64,000 nucleotides of DNA from Octopus vulgaris (Eukaryota). Where the stretch lies: assembly GCA_951406725.2 (NCBI GenBank), contig OX597839.1:2914001-2978000 (forward strand). Direction: 5' to 3'. A model generated the notes under the pieces. It saw only the letters and a program-made list of their open reading frames with translations. It ran no database searches and was not told where the DNA came from. This document shows, one piece after another, positions 13,828 to 26,962 of this stretch (position 1 is the stretch's first letter; every line of letters starts with the position of its first letter). The translations under genes were made by a program, and so were the position numbers.

Positions 13828-14202
13828 TGAGTAAATGTAAGGACAAGCAAGTCCGTATACAAAACATATTAAATACATTTAATACAAAAAAATGTATGTA
13901 TATATGCATATAAAAAAAGTCTAACTTACTCAGAATAAAAATGATATCAGGAATTAAAGAGATTGAGTGGGAGTTTTATGAGTCCAACAGCTGTTTTTGT
14001 GGGGTCTGGTGGTCCAAAATAATGATTGCAACTTGATTCCATCATTGGATAAAACCAGCCGTTATCTTTAGGGAAGAATTTTACATTTGAGGTGTTGACA
14101 GAATGGAGTTTGCTTGTCCTCTACCTGCTCAAGTTTAAATCTCTTGAGCACTACAAAATGTATTCTATACAAGGAACACCTATCTCTAATCTATGAAATA
14201 TA

Positions 14203-14451
14203 CAGGGTAGCCCAAAAGTAGGTTTACAGTTATCACAGGCACTTTGAATTTCTTTTAAAACATTTTGTTACATTGAAATTTCTCTGTAATTGACAGAAAA
14301 GGGAGGTCGACAAAATTAACTAAATTGGCATGGAATAATGGTTTAATTTTCTTTTTTTTTTTTTTTTTCACAATTAAGATCTAAACTGTTTATATATAAA
14401 TGTGAAAGAGAGATAGTTGAATAATTGTAAACCTACCTTTGTGCCACCCTG
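14203..14451. mobile_element. Tc1/mariner MITE
   Basis: TIRs cagggtagcccaaaagtaggtttaca / tgtaaacctacctttgtgccaccctg, flanked by TA on both sides. Confidence 0.85.
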
Positions 14452-16441
14452 TATATAAATCTATATAAGTGGGGAAATTCAAGTGAGAAACCAACTAGCA
14501 TGGAGGAAACTTCTGAAGTCATGCCAAAGCCATGGACAGCCATAATCACAACAACTGACTGCAGACACATACACAAACACATACATTTATATACATAATC
14601 CCCCGCCCCGCCCATGTATATTTTAGCTTGATTTTTTTAATCACTGATTCTTTTTTGCATTGGAAATGATTGATGAAGAAAGGTGATTAATGAAACAGAA
14701 GCTGAACAATGACTTACCTGCAGCCAAAACAGCAGGGAAGCTCCTTTCTGTTGGTTGATTATCATTGCTAGAAATAGCAGCCAAATCTCCTCAGTCTTGC
14801 ATTGCATATATGCCTTACTGTTTTAAATGTAGAAAAGACATTAATCGACAGTGCATGGTAAAAGTTGGGGGTGGTCATGACTGGAACCCCCTTATACACG
14901 TGTTTATGGTGGATCAGGGGCCCGAATAACGATATTAATAACGACATTTCATATAATCCGACAATAACTAATTTGCATTAAAATATTTTTTAGATGGCAG
15001 GTTGGGGGGGGGGGGGGCGGTGCAGTGAGTCAGCCATTGGTCAGGTGGTGGAGATATATATACATATGTATGTCTGTTAAAAGGCCATAATGTATTTTTC
15101 GGTCTGAATGCCTTGCTCCCTCTTTATCTCCCTTTGTCCCCTTTTCTTCGTCCCTTCTTTTATGATGCTTTCTTAAAACCAACCAACCAACCAACCAACC
15201 AGCCAATTCATTCATGTTTTAATTCATTTTCATGTTTCATTATATTTTTGCATTTTTTTTTTTTTTCTGGCAACGAAAGCTTGTTTTAGATATTTATTTT
15301 ATTTTGTTTATAATTAATTTTTTTGTTAGGATTATTTTTTTAAAATTATTTATTTATTTACATTTTTCAAATGTTTCATTAAATTGTTTTGTTTTTTTTT
15401 TGTCTTTACTATATTTCATTTTTCTGTTACAGAGAGAAAAAAAAAATTGTCAATTTTGCATTTTGTTTCTCACTTCCTTGTTTGTTCGTAGTATTTTTTT
15501 TTATATTTTTATTTTTACTTTTATTTATTTTATTTTTTTAAAACTCTTCTCTCAAACTGCTGATCCCCGCCCCCCACCTCAACCTCCCCAATTCCACTTT
15601 TCATCCCTATCCCCAGGCCTGATCATGCTTCCCATCATCAGTGTCCACCACCACCACCAGGCAACAAACACCCATTTCTGTCTTAATCAACATTAGACAG
15701 CCCCTTTGTCTACCTACCTACCTACCCCCACTCTCTCTATCTCTCTCTGTCCATCTATCTACCTCTCACCTATCTACCTGTCTATCTCTATCACCTGCCT
15801 CCCATGCTGTGCTTTATTTTTTTTTTTTTTTACATTACCTGGAATATTTTTAATTTGTGGTTGTGCTTTTTTTTTTACTATTATCATTATATATATATAT
15901 ATACACGCACACAGACATACATACACACACACATATATATATACATATATATACACATGTATATATATGTATATATATATATCCTTAATAAAATGAAAAA
16001 AAAATTGAAAATAATGAAAATAATATTAATAATATTAATTCATAAATAAATAAATAAATAACTACTGCAATAAAATGCTACCGAAGCCTGTTTTAAGGCT
16101 TGTTTTTTTCTTTATTTAGTGTAATATTGTTTTTGTTTGTAATTTAAAAAAAGATAAAGCTGTATGAAGTTGCAATATATAGACATTTATAAGCATGCAT
16201 ATCTGTTTATATGCATTGCCTATATTTGTGTGTGATTGTGTGTATAGCACATATACTTGTGTGTATATGTGTTTGTATGTATAGACATGTATGTGTGTGT
16301 TTGTGTATGAATACATATGCATGTATGTCCGTGTGTGTGTATAAACACACACAGACACATAGTAAAATATAACATGTCTTGAATGGCTCAACAATGCAGA
16401 GTGGACTATAATAACCGTTATAACTTAATTATCCATGATCT

Positions 16442-16489
16442 GATATAATAGGAATATTTCGGAATACAAAAATTCCTTCTTCAGATATC
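16442..16489 (-). ncRNA. Type I hammerhead-like motif
   Basis: Reverse complement: gatat CTGAAGA a ggaat ttttgt attcc GAAA t attcct ATT atatc. Stems I and II pair; stem III is minimal. Confidence 0.55.
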
Positions 16490-16542
16490 ACAAGGAATTG
16501 ATCAAGTCATCAATTATAGCATTGACTTGATCAATTCCTTGC

Positions 16543-16590
16543 GATATCTGAAGAAGGAATTTTTGTATTCCGAAATATTCCCATTATATC
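16543..16590 (+). ncRNA. Type I hammerhead-like motif
   Basis: gatat CTGAAGA a ggaat ttttgt attcc GAAA t attccc ATT atatc. Confidence 0.55.
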
Positions 16591-16597
16591 AGACTAT

Positions 16598-16831
16598 AAG
16601 GTGGCGAGCTGGCAGAAATGTTAGCACACCGGGCAAAATGCTTAGCGGTATTTCGTCTGTCGTTACGTTCTGAGTTCAAATTCCGCCGAGGTCGACTTTG
16701 CCTTTCATCCTTTCGAGGTCGATAAGTAAAGTACCAGTTTCGCACTGGGGTCGATGTAATTGACTTAATCCCTTTGTCTGTCCTTGTTTGTCCCGTCTAT
16801 GTTTAACCCCTTGTGGGCAGTAAAAAAATAT
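16598..16831 (+). mobile_element. SINE family B
   Basis: Full length; 15-bp TSD attatatcagactat at 16583-16597 and 16832-16846. Confidence 0.92.
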
Positions 16832-17377
16832 ATTATATCAGACTATGGATAATTATATTATAACAGTTATGTATATATGCATATATGTATGTATATATGA
16901 AGTTGCATTGTTGTGCCATTCAAGACATGTTATATTCTACAAACAATACTTCAAGCGAACTACAATACCCTCATATATATATTTATGTATATATATATAT
17001 ATATAAGAATTTAGAAACTGAAGTGAATGTGAAATAATTTCTTTTTGGAACAATGAAACTTGAAACAGATAAAGCTGCTTGTAAATATTGAACTGACAAA
17101 CCCTTAGGACAGAAAATGTTGAAACTGCCCATGGGACTGCCTTCGAAATTTTCTGTATTTGCACACTGTTATTTATAGCTTATTCTATTTAGAGTTGAAC
17201 CCCTAAGGGAAAAATTATATATTAAAGGTGCAGGCACAGTAAGAAGCTTGCATCCCAGTCTCTTGGTTTGGCATTAAGTCCCACTTTGAGGCACCTTGGG
17301 TAAGTGTCTCCTGTAGCCTCAGGCTGACCAAAGTCTTGTAAATGGAGGAGGACTAGAACAGGAAAAACCCCATCATC

Positions 17378-17423
<46 letters not shown>

Positions 17424-18259
17424 GAAAAGTAAGAAAATGGAAATAATAATTGATAAACATCAATTATTATTTATTGATTACAAAAAAAGACTATATATAT
17501 ATTCACCTAGATGGGCTGGATTTGATTGCTGGCATGGGAACTCATTCTCTGTCAAGGTGCTGCCCCAGTATGGCCACTGTCAAATGATTGAAACAAGTAA
17601 AAGAATATATTTAAGAATACATTTGTAAAGGACCCTTTTGGATAGAAAATTTAAAGGCTGCTCATAAGATGCAAACCCACATCTCAGATATGATACAGTT
17701 TTCATTTTTTTCTCCCCAAAAGCATTTTTGAAACCAGTATTTACATTGTTATTTTAGAGCTGTATATGCTTTGAGATACATTATTTTTATTTTAAAAAAA
17801 AGAAAAAGAATTATTTCACATTCTTTCAAAAATTTACAAATTCTTATGATGTCAACAACATATATTTATGTATTTTCTATACTGATTGCACTGTGGAACA
17901 CTGCCTTCCTCAGCCATCAACTGGAGATCAGCACAATTTCATCCCCTTCCAGTAGTATCATCTCCTCCAGCAATGTCACACTGCCTCATGCATCTTCTGT
18001 CCCCTCCCTCTCCGTCACTGATGCAGCCTCTACAGCACATCCAGATGCAGTTGAAACTGCTCCGATGACACAGCATCAATTTTGTGCTCACACGCACATG
18101 CGTGCACACACACACACACACACACATTGCTTCAAAATAGTTTTGCTTCCTTGAAGACCACTGGCATACTGATTATTAATTATGGTTTAATTCATATTTC
18201 TTTGTTTCAACCTTTCCACCTGGAATAAAATGATACAAAGGTTTCTGATTGGCAGAATG

Positions 18260-18490
18260 GTTTTACACTGACACACCCACTGAAGTTTAACTCTGGCATG
18301 CCCATCAAGGTCTTACATTGACACGCCCATCAAGGTCTTACACAGTCACACCCACTAAGGTTTTACAATGACACACAATATGTTGCACTGATATACCTAC
18401 AATTGTTTTAAAGTACAAACATGGAAAATATAGGCAGATTGACATGCATGGACACACCCACCATGAATTTACACTGACACACCTACAATT
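18260..18490. repeat. Degenerate minisatellite, unit about 25 bp
   Basis: Units resembling tcttacattgacacgcccatcaagg repeated with divergence. Confidence 0.6.
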
Positions 18491-18581
18491 TGTTTTTGAA
18501 GGATACATCTTTCAAAGCTGAGTAACAAGACTGCTGAAAAAGCTACCCATTATTACATGCACATACATACACACACACACA

Positions 18582-19035
18582 AAGGGTGCTAAAAAGTTCC
18601 TGGCTTTGGGTAAAAGAAAATCTATATATATAAAAGAAAAGTTGTGTGGTGTCTGTCTCCTACGATTTAGATTCCTAACTACTCCCACATTTTGCGGTGC
18701 AGTTTAACCAAAAGCGGGTATCTTATAGTCGTGATTCATATCGAGTCCTTCTGGGTATTAGCATGAGTCTACGATTTAAAAAAAAATCTACCATAATTTT
18801 TCCCATTTTTAATGCATTTTTTTGCTATTATATAAGGGAAGTAACTCTCTAAAAATGCTTATATAGTTATTTCCCTTACAAACCCGAGCAACGCTGGGCG
18901 ATACTGCTAGTACAGGATAAACATTTAATTATTTTATTCAATGTATTCCCCTCTCAGATTCACATACTTATTGTAGTGGTCTGTCAGTTTTTCTAAGCCC
19001 TGTAAAAGAATTCCAAAGGTTGGGCCTCCAACCAA
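18582..19035. mobile_element. Mariner-like remnant hosting a Helitron insertion
   Basis: gggtgctaaaaagttcctggcttt end followed by ttattcaatgtattcccctctcagattcac, typical of mariner terminal regions; split at 18620/18911. Confidence 0.5.
18621..18910 (+). mobile_element. Non-autonomous Helitron
   Basis: 5' TCTATATATATAAAA, 3' CTAG, subterminal hairpin cccgagc-aac-gctggg, inserted between A and T with no TSD. Confidence 0.85.
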
Positions 19036-19896
19036 AGATTTAATAGCTAAATATGTGGATTTAAACCTTTGCTCAGGTTAAAAGTGAACACTTCCTGGCC
19101 CCTGGACATGTTTTACCATACTCAGTTCTGAAGGATTGAGATGGAGTATTGATCTTAAAATAACTTCTATCCTCTCTTTCCTCCCACCTGCTTCGGAGGC
19201 CCTGTTCTATGGTGCCTGCCCTTTCTCCTCTCATTAAGCCATGTTCAAAGTACTACAATATACAACCACCACCACCACCACTGTCACTACCATCACCACT
19301 ACTAGTACTACTATCACAACCACCACAAGTACTACCTGTAGCTTTGTTTATCACTGATTCATTCATCACTGACCCTGGATAAAGAAAAGGTATGCTCAAT
19401 TGTGAACCATGTTACGCTTTTGATGGAGTGATCTGTGATAACAAGGGTTGATAATCAGTTGATTCTACTTTTAGGGGAAAATCCAGCTTCAGTGATCACC
19501 CAGAATATAATGACAATTGCTTGTTTACATAACCATGTTTTGAGGCTGCATTTTTTTCACATACTCGTAACTCTCAACATGAAACTGGCAAACAGATGAA
19601 ATATGAAGATTCCTGATCCTAGCATCTGATGAGCATATGTGTATTGTCTACCAAAAAAGAGATGATCAAGAAAAGTCATGGTGGTGGAAGCTTTATTGCT
19701 GTGAACCACGAGTTTGGTGTCGGTTTATTATTTGTTCCCATACGAGGCTATCAAACAATGCAGAAGATTGTATTCTTTATAGGAAAAGGTAGAGATGATC
19801 AAGAAAATATGTGGAAACCTCACTGCTGTGGGCCAAGATTTTTGGTGTCAGTGAATCTACCATTCAAGTCAATCATAAAGTATGAGGAGATGATTC

Positions 19897-19936
<40 letters not shown>

Positions 19937-19937
19937 A

Positions 19938-20137
19938 GTTAATCCAAACATGAAAACACAAAGAGAAAGCACAACAACGCGAGGACGTGGAACAAGTATA
20001 GTGTTATTGGACGTTCAGAAAAGAAGGAGGGTTTAACGTTTTGAGCGGAGCTCTTCGTCAGAAATATAGGAAAAGGAAAGATCCGAAGAAGGGAAGATGG
20101 AGGGAAAAAAATCGCCAACAGTACACATGCGGTCACA
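19938..20137 (-). mobile_element. Hammerhead-bearing short retroelement of about 200 bp (copy 1, core mutated)
   Basis: Highly similar to 45617-45826; reverse complement core ttt CTGACGA agagc tcc gctc AAAA CGTT aaa (GAAA changed to AAAA). Confidence 0.8.
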
Positions 20138-20629
20138 AAAGCACCAACCGATCGTGGCCAATGCCAGACTCCCCTGGCACCTGTGCCGGTGGCATGTAAA
20201 AAGCACCCACTACACTTGCGGAGTGGTTGGCGTTAGGAAGGGCATCCAGCTGTAGAAACACTGCCCGATCAGACTGGAGCCTGGTGCAGCCCCTGGCTTC
20301 CCAGACCCCCGGTCAAACCGTCCAACCCGTGCTAGCGCGGAAAACGGACGTTAAACGATGATGATGATATATATATTTTTTTTTCTAAGAACCAAATTAC
20401 TGATAAACAAGGATAGATAGATGATGTATGAACCACTATTATCACCACCACCACCACCACCACTACTATCCCCATCACCACTGGTGTAATAATGCAGTGC
20501 AAGTGTCATCTGATTACCTGCTGTTGGCACAAATAAAAAGGGCTAGATGATGATGGTAAAGGAAGGTAGTATATATCAACATGAATATAGTAAGAAAACA
20601 AAATCAAAAGACAATGAAATTTTTTTTAA

Positions 20630-20870
20630 ACATCTTTATATCCAACAGAAGATGGATGCCTTGTCAGAACACCAATTTCCTTGAGAGACCCTCTGATATT
20701 GGTGCCTCGTGCATAAAAGCACAGACATTGGATGTAACAGATGAAATTTCATGACCTGAATTTCGTGTACTTTTATACATCAAACACTGAAATGAAAGGA
20801 TCTCTCAAGTCTAATAATGTAGTATTTGGTGTTCTAATAAGGCATCCAAGTTAAGTCAGATATAAAGGTT
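20630..20870. repeat. Degenerate inverted repeat (old MITE or foldback)
   Basis: ggatgccttgtcagaacaccaa...cttgagagacc mirrored by ggatctctcaag...ttggtgttctaataaggcatcc. Confidence 0.6.
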
Positions 20871-21316
20871 ATCTTTTGGTATTATTACTGCTTCTGTTGC
20901 TAAGAATTACTTTATAACACGATGAAACATGTCTGAGTGTTATTCTATAAACAGCCTTAACTATGGAACAAATGTGAAGGTTTGAAATCTGCCGATTCCT
21001 TTTAGAGTCATAAGGACATATCATCATCATCGTTTAACGTCCGCTTTCCATGCTAGCATGGGTTGGACGATTTTGACTGAGGGCTGGCGAACCAGATGGC
21101 TGCGCCAGGCTCCAATCTGATCTGGCAGAGTTTCTACAGCTGGATGCCCTTCCTTACGCCAACCACTCTGATGATTAGCTATGTTGAGTAGAGTTCACTG
21201 CATAACACTTGCATCAGGTGCTTCAGCTAGATAAGAAACAGAGTGATAAGTTTACTTGTTCACTCCCTCAAGTAAATACATCATCATCATCGTTTAACGT
21301 CTGCCTTCCATGCTGG

Positions 21317-21371
<55 letters not shown>

Positions 21372-21650
21372 TAACCACCTTTTATCAATTCAAAATGAAA
21401 AATTAAAATAATAAATAAAACGTATTTATTTATTATTTTGCACATTACTTAATCATCATTATATTTTTTATCTTGTATTTAATCATTCTATTATATGTAA
21501 TTTTCTAGATGGTGTAATTTAATTTTTCATTTTGAATTGGTAAAAGGTGGGTTTTTTTCTAATTTATATATATATATTATATTTTGTGAAATTTGATTTA
21601 ATATTTCTAAATTGAATTTTTCACTGTAAGTTTCGAATAATATTCCATCA

Positions 21651-21695
<45 letters not shown>

Positions 21696-21965
21696 TACAT
21701 ACATACATACAGAGAGAGAAAGAAAGGATTCAATTGAATCTAGGTACATCAACACGTATATTGAGACATATATGTGTACATACATGTATATATATATATA
21801 TATATACATACATGTATATACATATACATATATGTATGTATACATATACATATATATATGTATACATATACATATATATATGTATACATATACATATATA
21901 TATGTATACATACATGTATATATATACATATATATATGTATACATACATATATGTATACATACAT

Positions 21966-22545
21966 AAGATGTCCAACTTCACTAGAATGTTCCTTGTGCC
22001 ATTCAGTAACAACTTTAGCTGTGTGAATTGGTGCATTATCATCCTGAAAGATTGTGTTTCACTCCGGAAACAGTTCCACAACCATAGGATGAATTTGATC
22101 AGATAAAATGCTTAAATAGTCATGACTATTAATTCTGCCGTGAAGGGAAACCATTGGGCCAGCAGATTTCCAAGATATAGCCCCCCCCCCCCCCAGATCA
22201 CAGATCCTCTTTCATGTTTAACAGTTGGTCTAGGTCAAATGCTGCCTTTGGCTGTCTCCACGCATATACTCAGCTGGTGGTCGGAAATAAGGTAAAGAAT
22301 GATTCGTCCGAGAAAATAACATTCTTCCACTGCTCTAGGGACCAATTCTGTAGGTTTTTACTCCACACCAAACACTTTGCAATGTTTGTTTTTGAAAGTA
22401 GTGGTCTTCTAATTGTAGCCCTCTCATGAAATCTGGCTTTGTGCAGCTCCCGGTGAATAGTTTTTGTGGAAACTGTGTTCTCGAGGTGGTCATTAAGCTC
22501 TTGTGATCCTTTCTGACAATTTGCATAAGAGTCCAGAACACAATT
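21966..22545 (-). mobile_element. Tc1-family transposase remnant
   Basis: Minus-strand WKNVIFSDES and [19 protein letters not shown] motifs; frameshifted. Confidence 0.85.
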
Positions 22546-23641
22546 TTTTCCTTTTACATTATATGTTAAAAAATATGTACATCATCATCATCGACATTTA
22601 ATGTCCATTTTCCATGGACAGCTTGACAGGAATTGACAAGGTCAAGAGTTGCACCAGATTCCACTGTCCGTTTTGACTTGGTTCCTACAGTGGAATGCCC
22701 TTCCTAACACCAACCACTTTACAGAGTGCATCAGGTGCCTTTTACGTGGTACCATCAATAATGCTTTTTGCATGGCACCAGCACACACACACCAATATAT
22801 GTATGTGTGTATGTATGAAAACCTCCACTTCACTGCATTGCTACTTAGTGCTTCTCACTGCATGAACTCTTTTAGACAATAAAAAGGTGAATGGAAGAAT
22901 TTAGTTGTAGATTCCTGGAGCAAAAACTTGGAATAAACACATTTTTCAATTTCCTCTCCATCTATCTATGAATGCACACACACACATACACTTGTTCCAT
23001 AGTTAAGGGTGTTTATAGAATAACACTCAGACATACATCCATAGTTTTTATTTTTTATTTCTCTTATTATGTAGGTGTATATGTGTGTGTTTATGTGCCA
23101 AATACTTATGTGTCTGTCTGAAAATAAGTGTGCATATATGCATGTGTGTGCACATGGATGTATATATAAGTTTCGCCGCCAGTCAGATGCAGTTACAGTA
23201 TACCTGATCCTCCATATCAACATATGGCAAAGAAAAAAAACAAACAAATATAATAAAATAAAATATATGACTATCACCACCCAGAAACTGCCCCTCCCAC
23301 CAAAAAGAAAGAAAAACCGAAACGAGTTGTGGTTCAAGTTTTGTTCGGTTCTTAATTTATACTGCTTTGTGAATTACCACTGTCAATGTTTTTAAAAACT
23401 GATATAATATTATAATTACTTTTCGCCTACTTCTTTTCATAAACAAATAAAGGATAACTGCTGTTTCAATTAATGTTTATTATTTTCTCATTTTGTTTTA
23501 TTTTTTTTATTTAATGTTATTTCTGTGTTCTTAAAGACACAAAATAGTGTGTGCTTATATATATATATGTGCATGTGTGTGTATCTCTCTCTCTCTATAT
23601 ATATATGTATATATGCATGTGTGTGTATATATATTGTATAG

Positions 23642-23707
<66 letters not shown>

Positions 23708-23869
23708 GATGGTCGTTGACTTTTCAGGAGTTCATCTGCCCTTTGACAGGTCTTATTTTTCATCCTGCTGAGTGTCCAACAATACCCTCCTCACCAAGCA
23801 AGCGTGGTGGGGTTGCCAGTTTAGTCGCTGACAACCTGACCATGGGACAGGTTGTACTGGATTACATGT

Positions 23870-24790
23870 TACCAGTAGCACTCATTAGGGAACTTTTGTA
23901 TGCTGACGATTATGATCTTGTCAGTCACTCTGAAACAGGTCTGTGATCTCTTGTATCTGCATTTGACTCAGCTTGTGATGATTTTGGCTTGACCATCAAC
24001 TTGAGAAAAACAGTTGTAATGCATCAACCTGCATGTGGTGCTGTTAGTAACCCTACTAAGATGGTTGTTGATTCGTTCGTCTACCTCAGAAGCTCTGTTC
24101 AAAATGATGGAAATCTTGATACAGAAATACAGTGGCTAATTCAAAGGGCAGCAAAAGCATTTGGTGGCTTGGAGTCACGCGTTTGGTGCCAGCAACATAT
24201 AAATAAGAATACAAAGCTGGCTTTCTACAAATCATTTGTTGTATTCCTGTGAAATTTGGACTTGTTATGAAAGGCATTTTAAATTGTTAGAACAATTCCA
24301 CCAAAAATGCCTCCATCGCATTTTAAACATTAAATGGATTTCTTTCACTTCAAGACAGATGTCCTTGCATCTGCAGGCATTACCTCAATTAAAGCTATGA
24401 TTTTGAGGAACCAATTGAGATGGTGTGGCCATATTGATCGAATGGCAGATGAACGCATGCAAAAACAGATATTTTATGTTGAGCTTGCAGAAGGGAAACA
24501 CTATCAGTGTAAACCTAATAAAAGGTTTAAGGACTGCTATGAAGTCAATTGGAATGGTTACAGAAGACATAGAAACCTTTGCTTCAGATCGAGTTGGATG
24601 GCGAGCAAAGGTGTAGAGTGGAGTGAAAGCATTTGAAGAGGCCAGGATAACGTAAGTAAGACTCAAAAGAGATCTAGGTAATAATGTAATGATTGAGAAA
24701 AATTTTCAGAATATTGTCTGGTTTAAAAAGCCACATCAGATGCCATGATGGTGATAAGGTGCAGGTACAGGAAGTGGTCGAACTCTATAT
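23870..24790 (+). mobile_element. RTE-clade LINE 3' fragment (degenerate RT)
   Basis: [41 protein letters not shown] motifs across frameshifts and stops. Confidence 0.88.
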
Positions 24791-25331
24791 AAGGAGTAGA
24801 CAACCACTATATGTATATATATATATATATATATACTTACATGGACATTTATGTATGTATACATGCATATATACGCATACATGTATGTATGTACACACGC
24901 ACATGTATGTATGCATATATACACACATGTATGTATGCATACATGTAAATATACAAACATGTATATATGCATATATACAAACGTGTATATATGTATACAG
25001 ATATGTGTATATATATATATATGTATACATATATACTTGTACGGATATATAAATATGTATACATGTATGTATATATATATGTATATATACATACATGTAT
25101 ATATACATGCATACATATATATATACGTACATGCATACTTATATATGTATACATGCATATGTATACATATATATATACATAATGCATACGTTTATATATA
25201 TATATATATATTCACATACAAGCATGCATATATATATATATACACATGCATATATATATATACACACATGCATACATATATATATATATACATGCATATA
25301 TATTTATTTATTTACGTACGTATACATACGA

Positions 25332-25677
25332 TCCATCAATTATATACAAAATAACATTTTCCTATAACATCGTTTAGATGTTATTGAGAGTTATCTCCCC
25401 TGACAGGAAAAAAGACGAAAGACAGGTGTTGTAGAAAGCGTGTTAGTATAACGCTCAGGAATATGCATGCATGTATGTACGTACGTACACGTATGTATAC
25501 GTACGTATACATAGGTGTACGTACGTACACACACATACATACACATTCCTGAGCGATATACTAACACGTTTCTACTCTACCTGCATTTTGTCTTTTTTTT
25601 TTGAGTCAGGGGACATAACTCCCAATAACATCGGAACGAAGTTATAGGAAAATGTTATTTTGAATAAAATTGATGGA
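25332..25677. repeat. Foldback palindrome of about 345 bp with a (GTAC)-rich centre
   Basis: tccatcaatt...aaaataacattttcctataac...gctcaggaat mirrored by attcctgagc...gttataggaaaatgttatttt...aattgatgga. Confidence 0.85.
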
Positions 25678-26533
25678 GCGGGAGAAAGAAAGAGTGAGAG
25701 AGTTAGAAAGAGATGGAGAGAGAGAATGTGTGTGTGTATTTGTGTGAAATAAGCGTGCGTGATGTGTAGCAGACAGATAGATAGATGAGATATGTAGTTT
25801 TAATTGAAGGGAAAGTTTATGTATATCCCGTCGTATTTGAGTGTTTTATTAGTTATTTCCCTTGTTAGTTATCTCCCTTGAGAAACGTATTATGCTAACG
25901 GTTCTACGAATGAAGAATTATTGCCGCGACCGTGCTTTTTGTTCTTTCTTTTACATTATATTTCTAGAAGTACCTTGTTGAGAGTTTCCTTCTTTCCTGA
26001 ATACAATTTTGTGAGATTTATGGGAGATTTGGCTTCCATTTCCACCCCGAAGTGCCCACATGTTGTTATTTTGCCTTAAGTCAATTCTGAGTGTGAAGGC
26101 CTTCGAATAGAGGCATTCCGAACGTAACCATTTGTATAATTTACCGATGACATGCACGGGGCAACGCCCAGAAAAATTTTAGTTGAATGATCGACCCCAT
26201 TACCTATTTTTGTTAAAGCCTGGAACTTATTGAATGGAACTCTTATGCCGAGAAACCTAAATTACGGGACATAAACAAATCAACACCGCCTGTCAAGCGG
26301 TGGTAGGGGACAAACACACACACACAGACGGTTTTAAGGTATTACTTGAGAACTGTGGTCCCGGTGCGCGCACTCGAATAGTCGCGCATCTGCGCTAGCT
26401 AGTCCTGACTAGTCGATCCTACAACGACTACCTAGCAAAGAAAAATAAAACACAAAATAAATAATTTTTTTACACAAAGTAAATAATTTTTGTTAAACAA
26501 AGTAAATGAAACATAAAAACACAAAGTAATGAC

Positions 26534-26575
<42 letters not shown>

Positions 26576-26918
26576 ATATATGCACATATATATACGCACA
26601 TATATATATACACATATATACCCACATATATACACACATATATACCCACATATATATACACATATAAATATATATATACATGCATATATATATACGTATA
26701 TATATACATGCATATATATATACATATATATACATATATACGTATATATATACATATATATATACGTATATATATACATATATATATACGTATATATATA
26801 TATACATACATACATACATATATATATATATACATACATACATACATATATATATACATACATACATATATATATACATACATATATATATACATACATA
26901 CTATATATATATACATAC

Positions 26919-26952
<34 letters not shown>

Positions 26953-26962
26953 ACATACATAC

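Larger units (their letters stand above)
16362..16940. repeat. Long palindrome with two back-to-back hammerhead motifs, interrupted by a SINE
   Basis: Arms mirror around about 16516 (ggaattgatcaagtca...tgacttgatcaattcc); the right arm resumes after the SINE at 16832. Confidence 0.85.

Noticed and set aside
14740-14800. Minus-strand CTGAGGA...GAAA and an adjacent CAG/gtaagt donor
   Set aside because: No valid NUH or stem I; looks like an old repeat fragment.
18260-18490. Repeat with CRISPR-like look
   Set aside because: Units are directly tandem with no unique spacers, in a eukaryotic context.
22040-22080. Hammerhead-like CTGAAAGA...GAAAC
   Set aside because: Core is not CUGANGA, there is no stem II, and it lies in Tc1 coding sequence.
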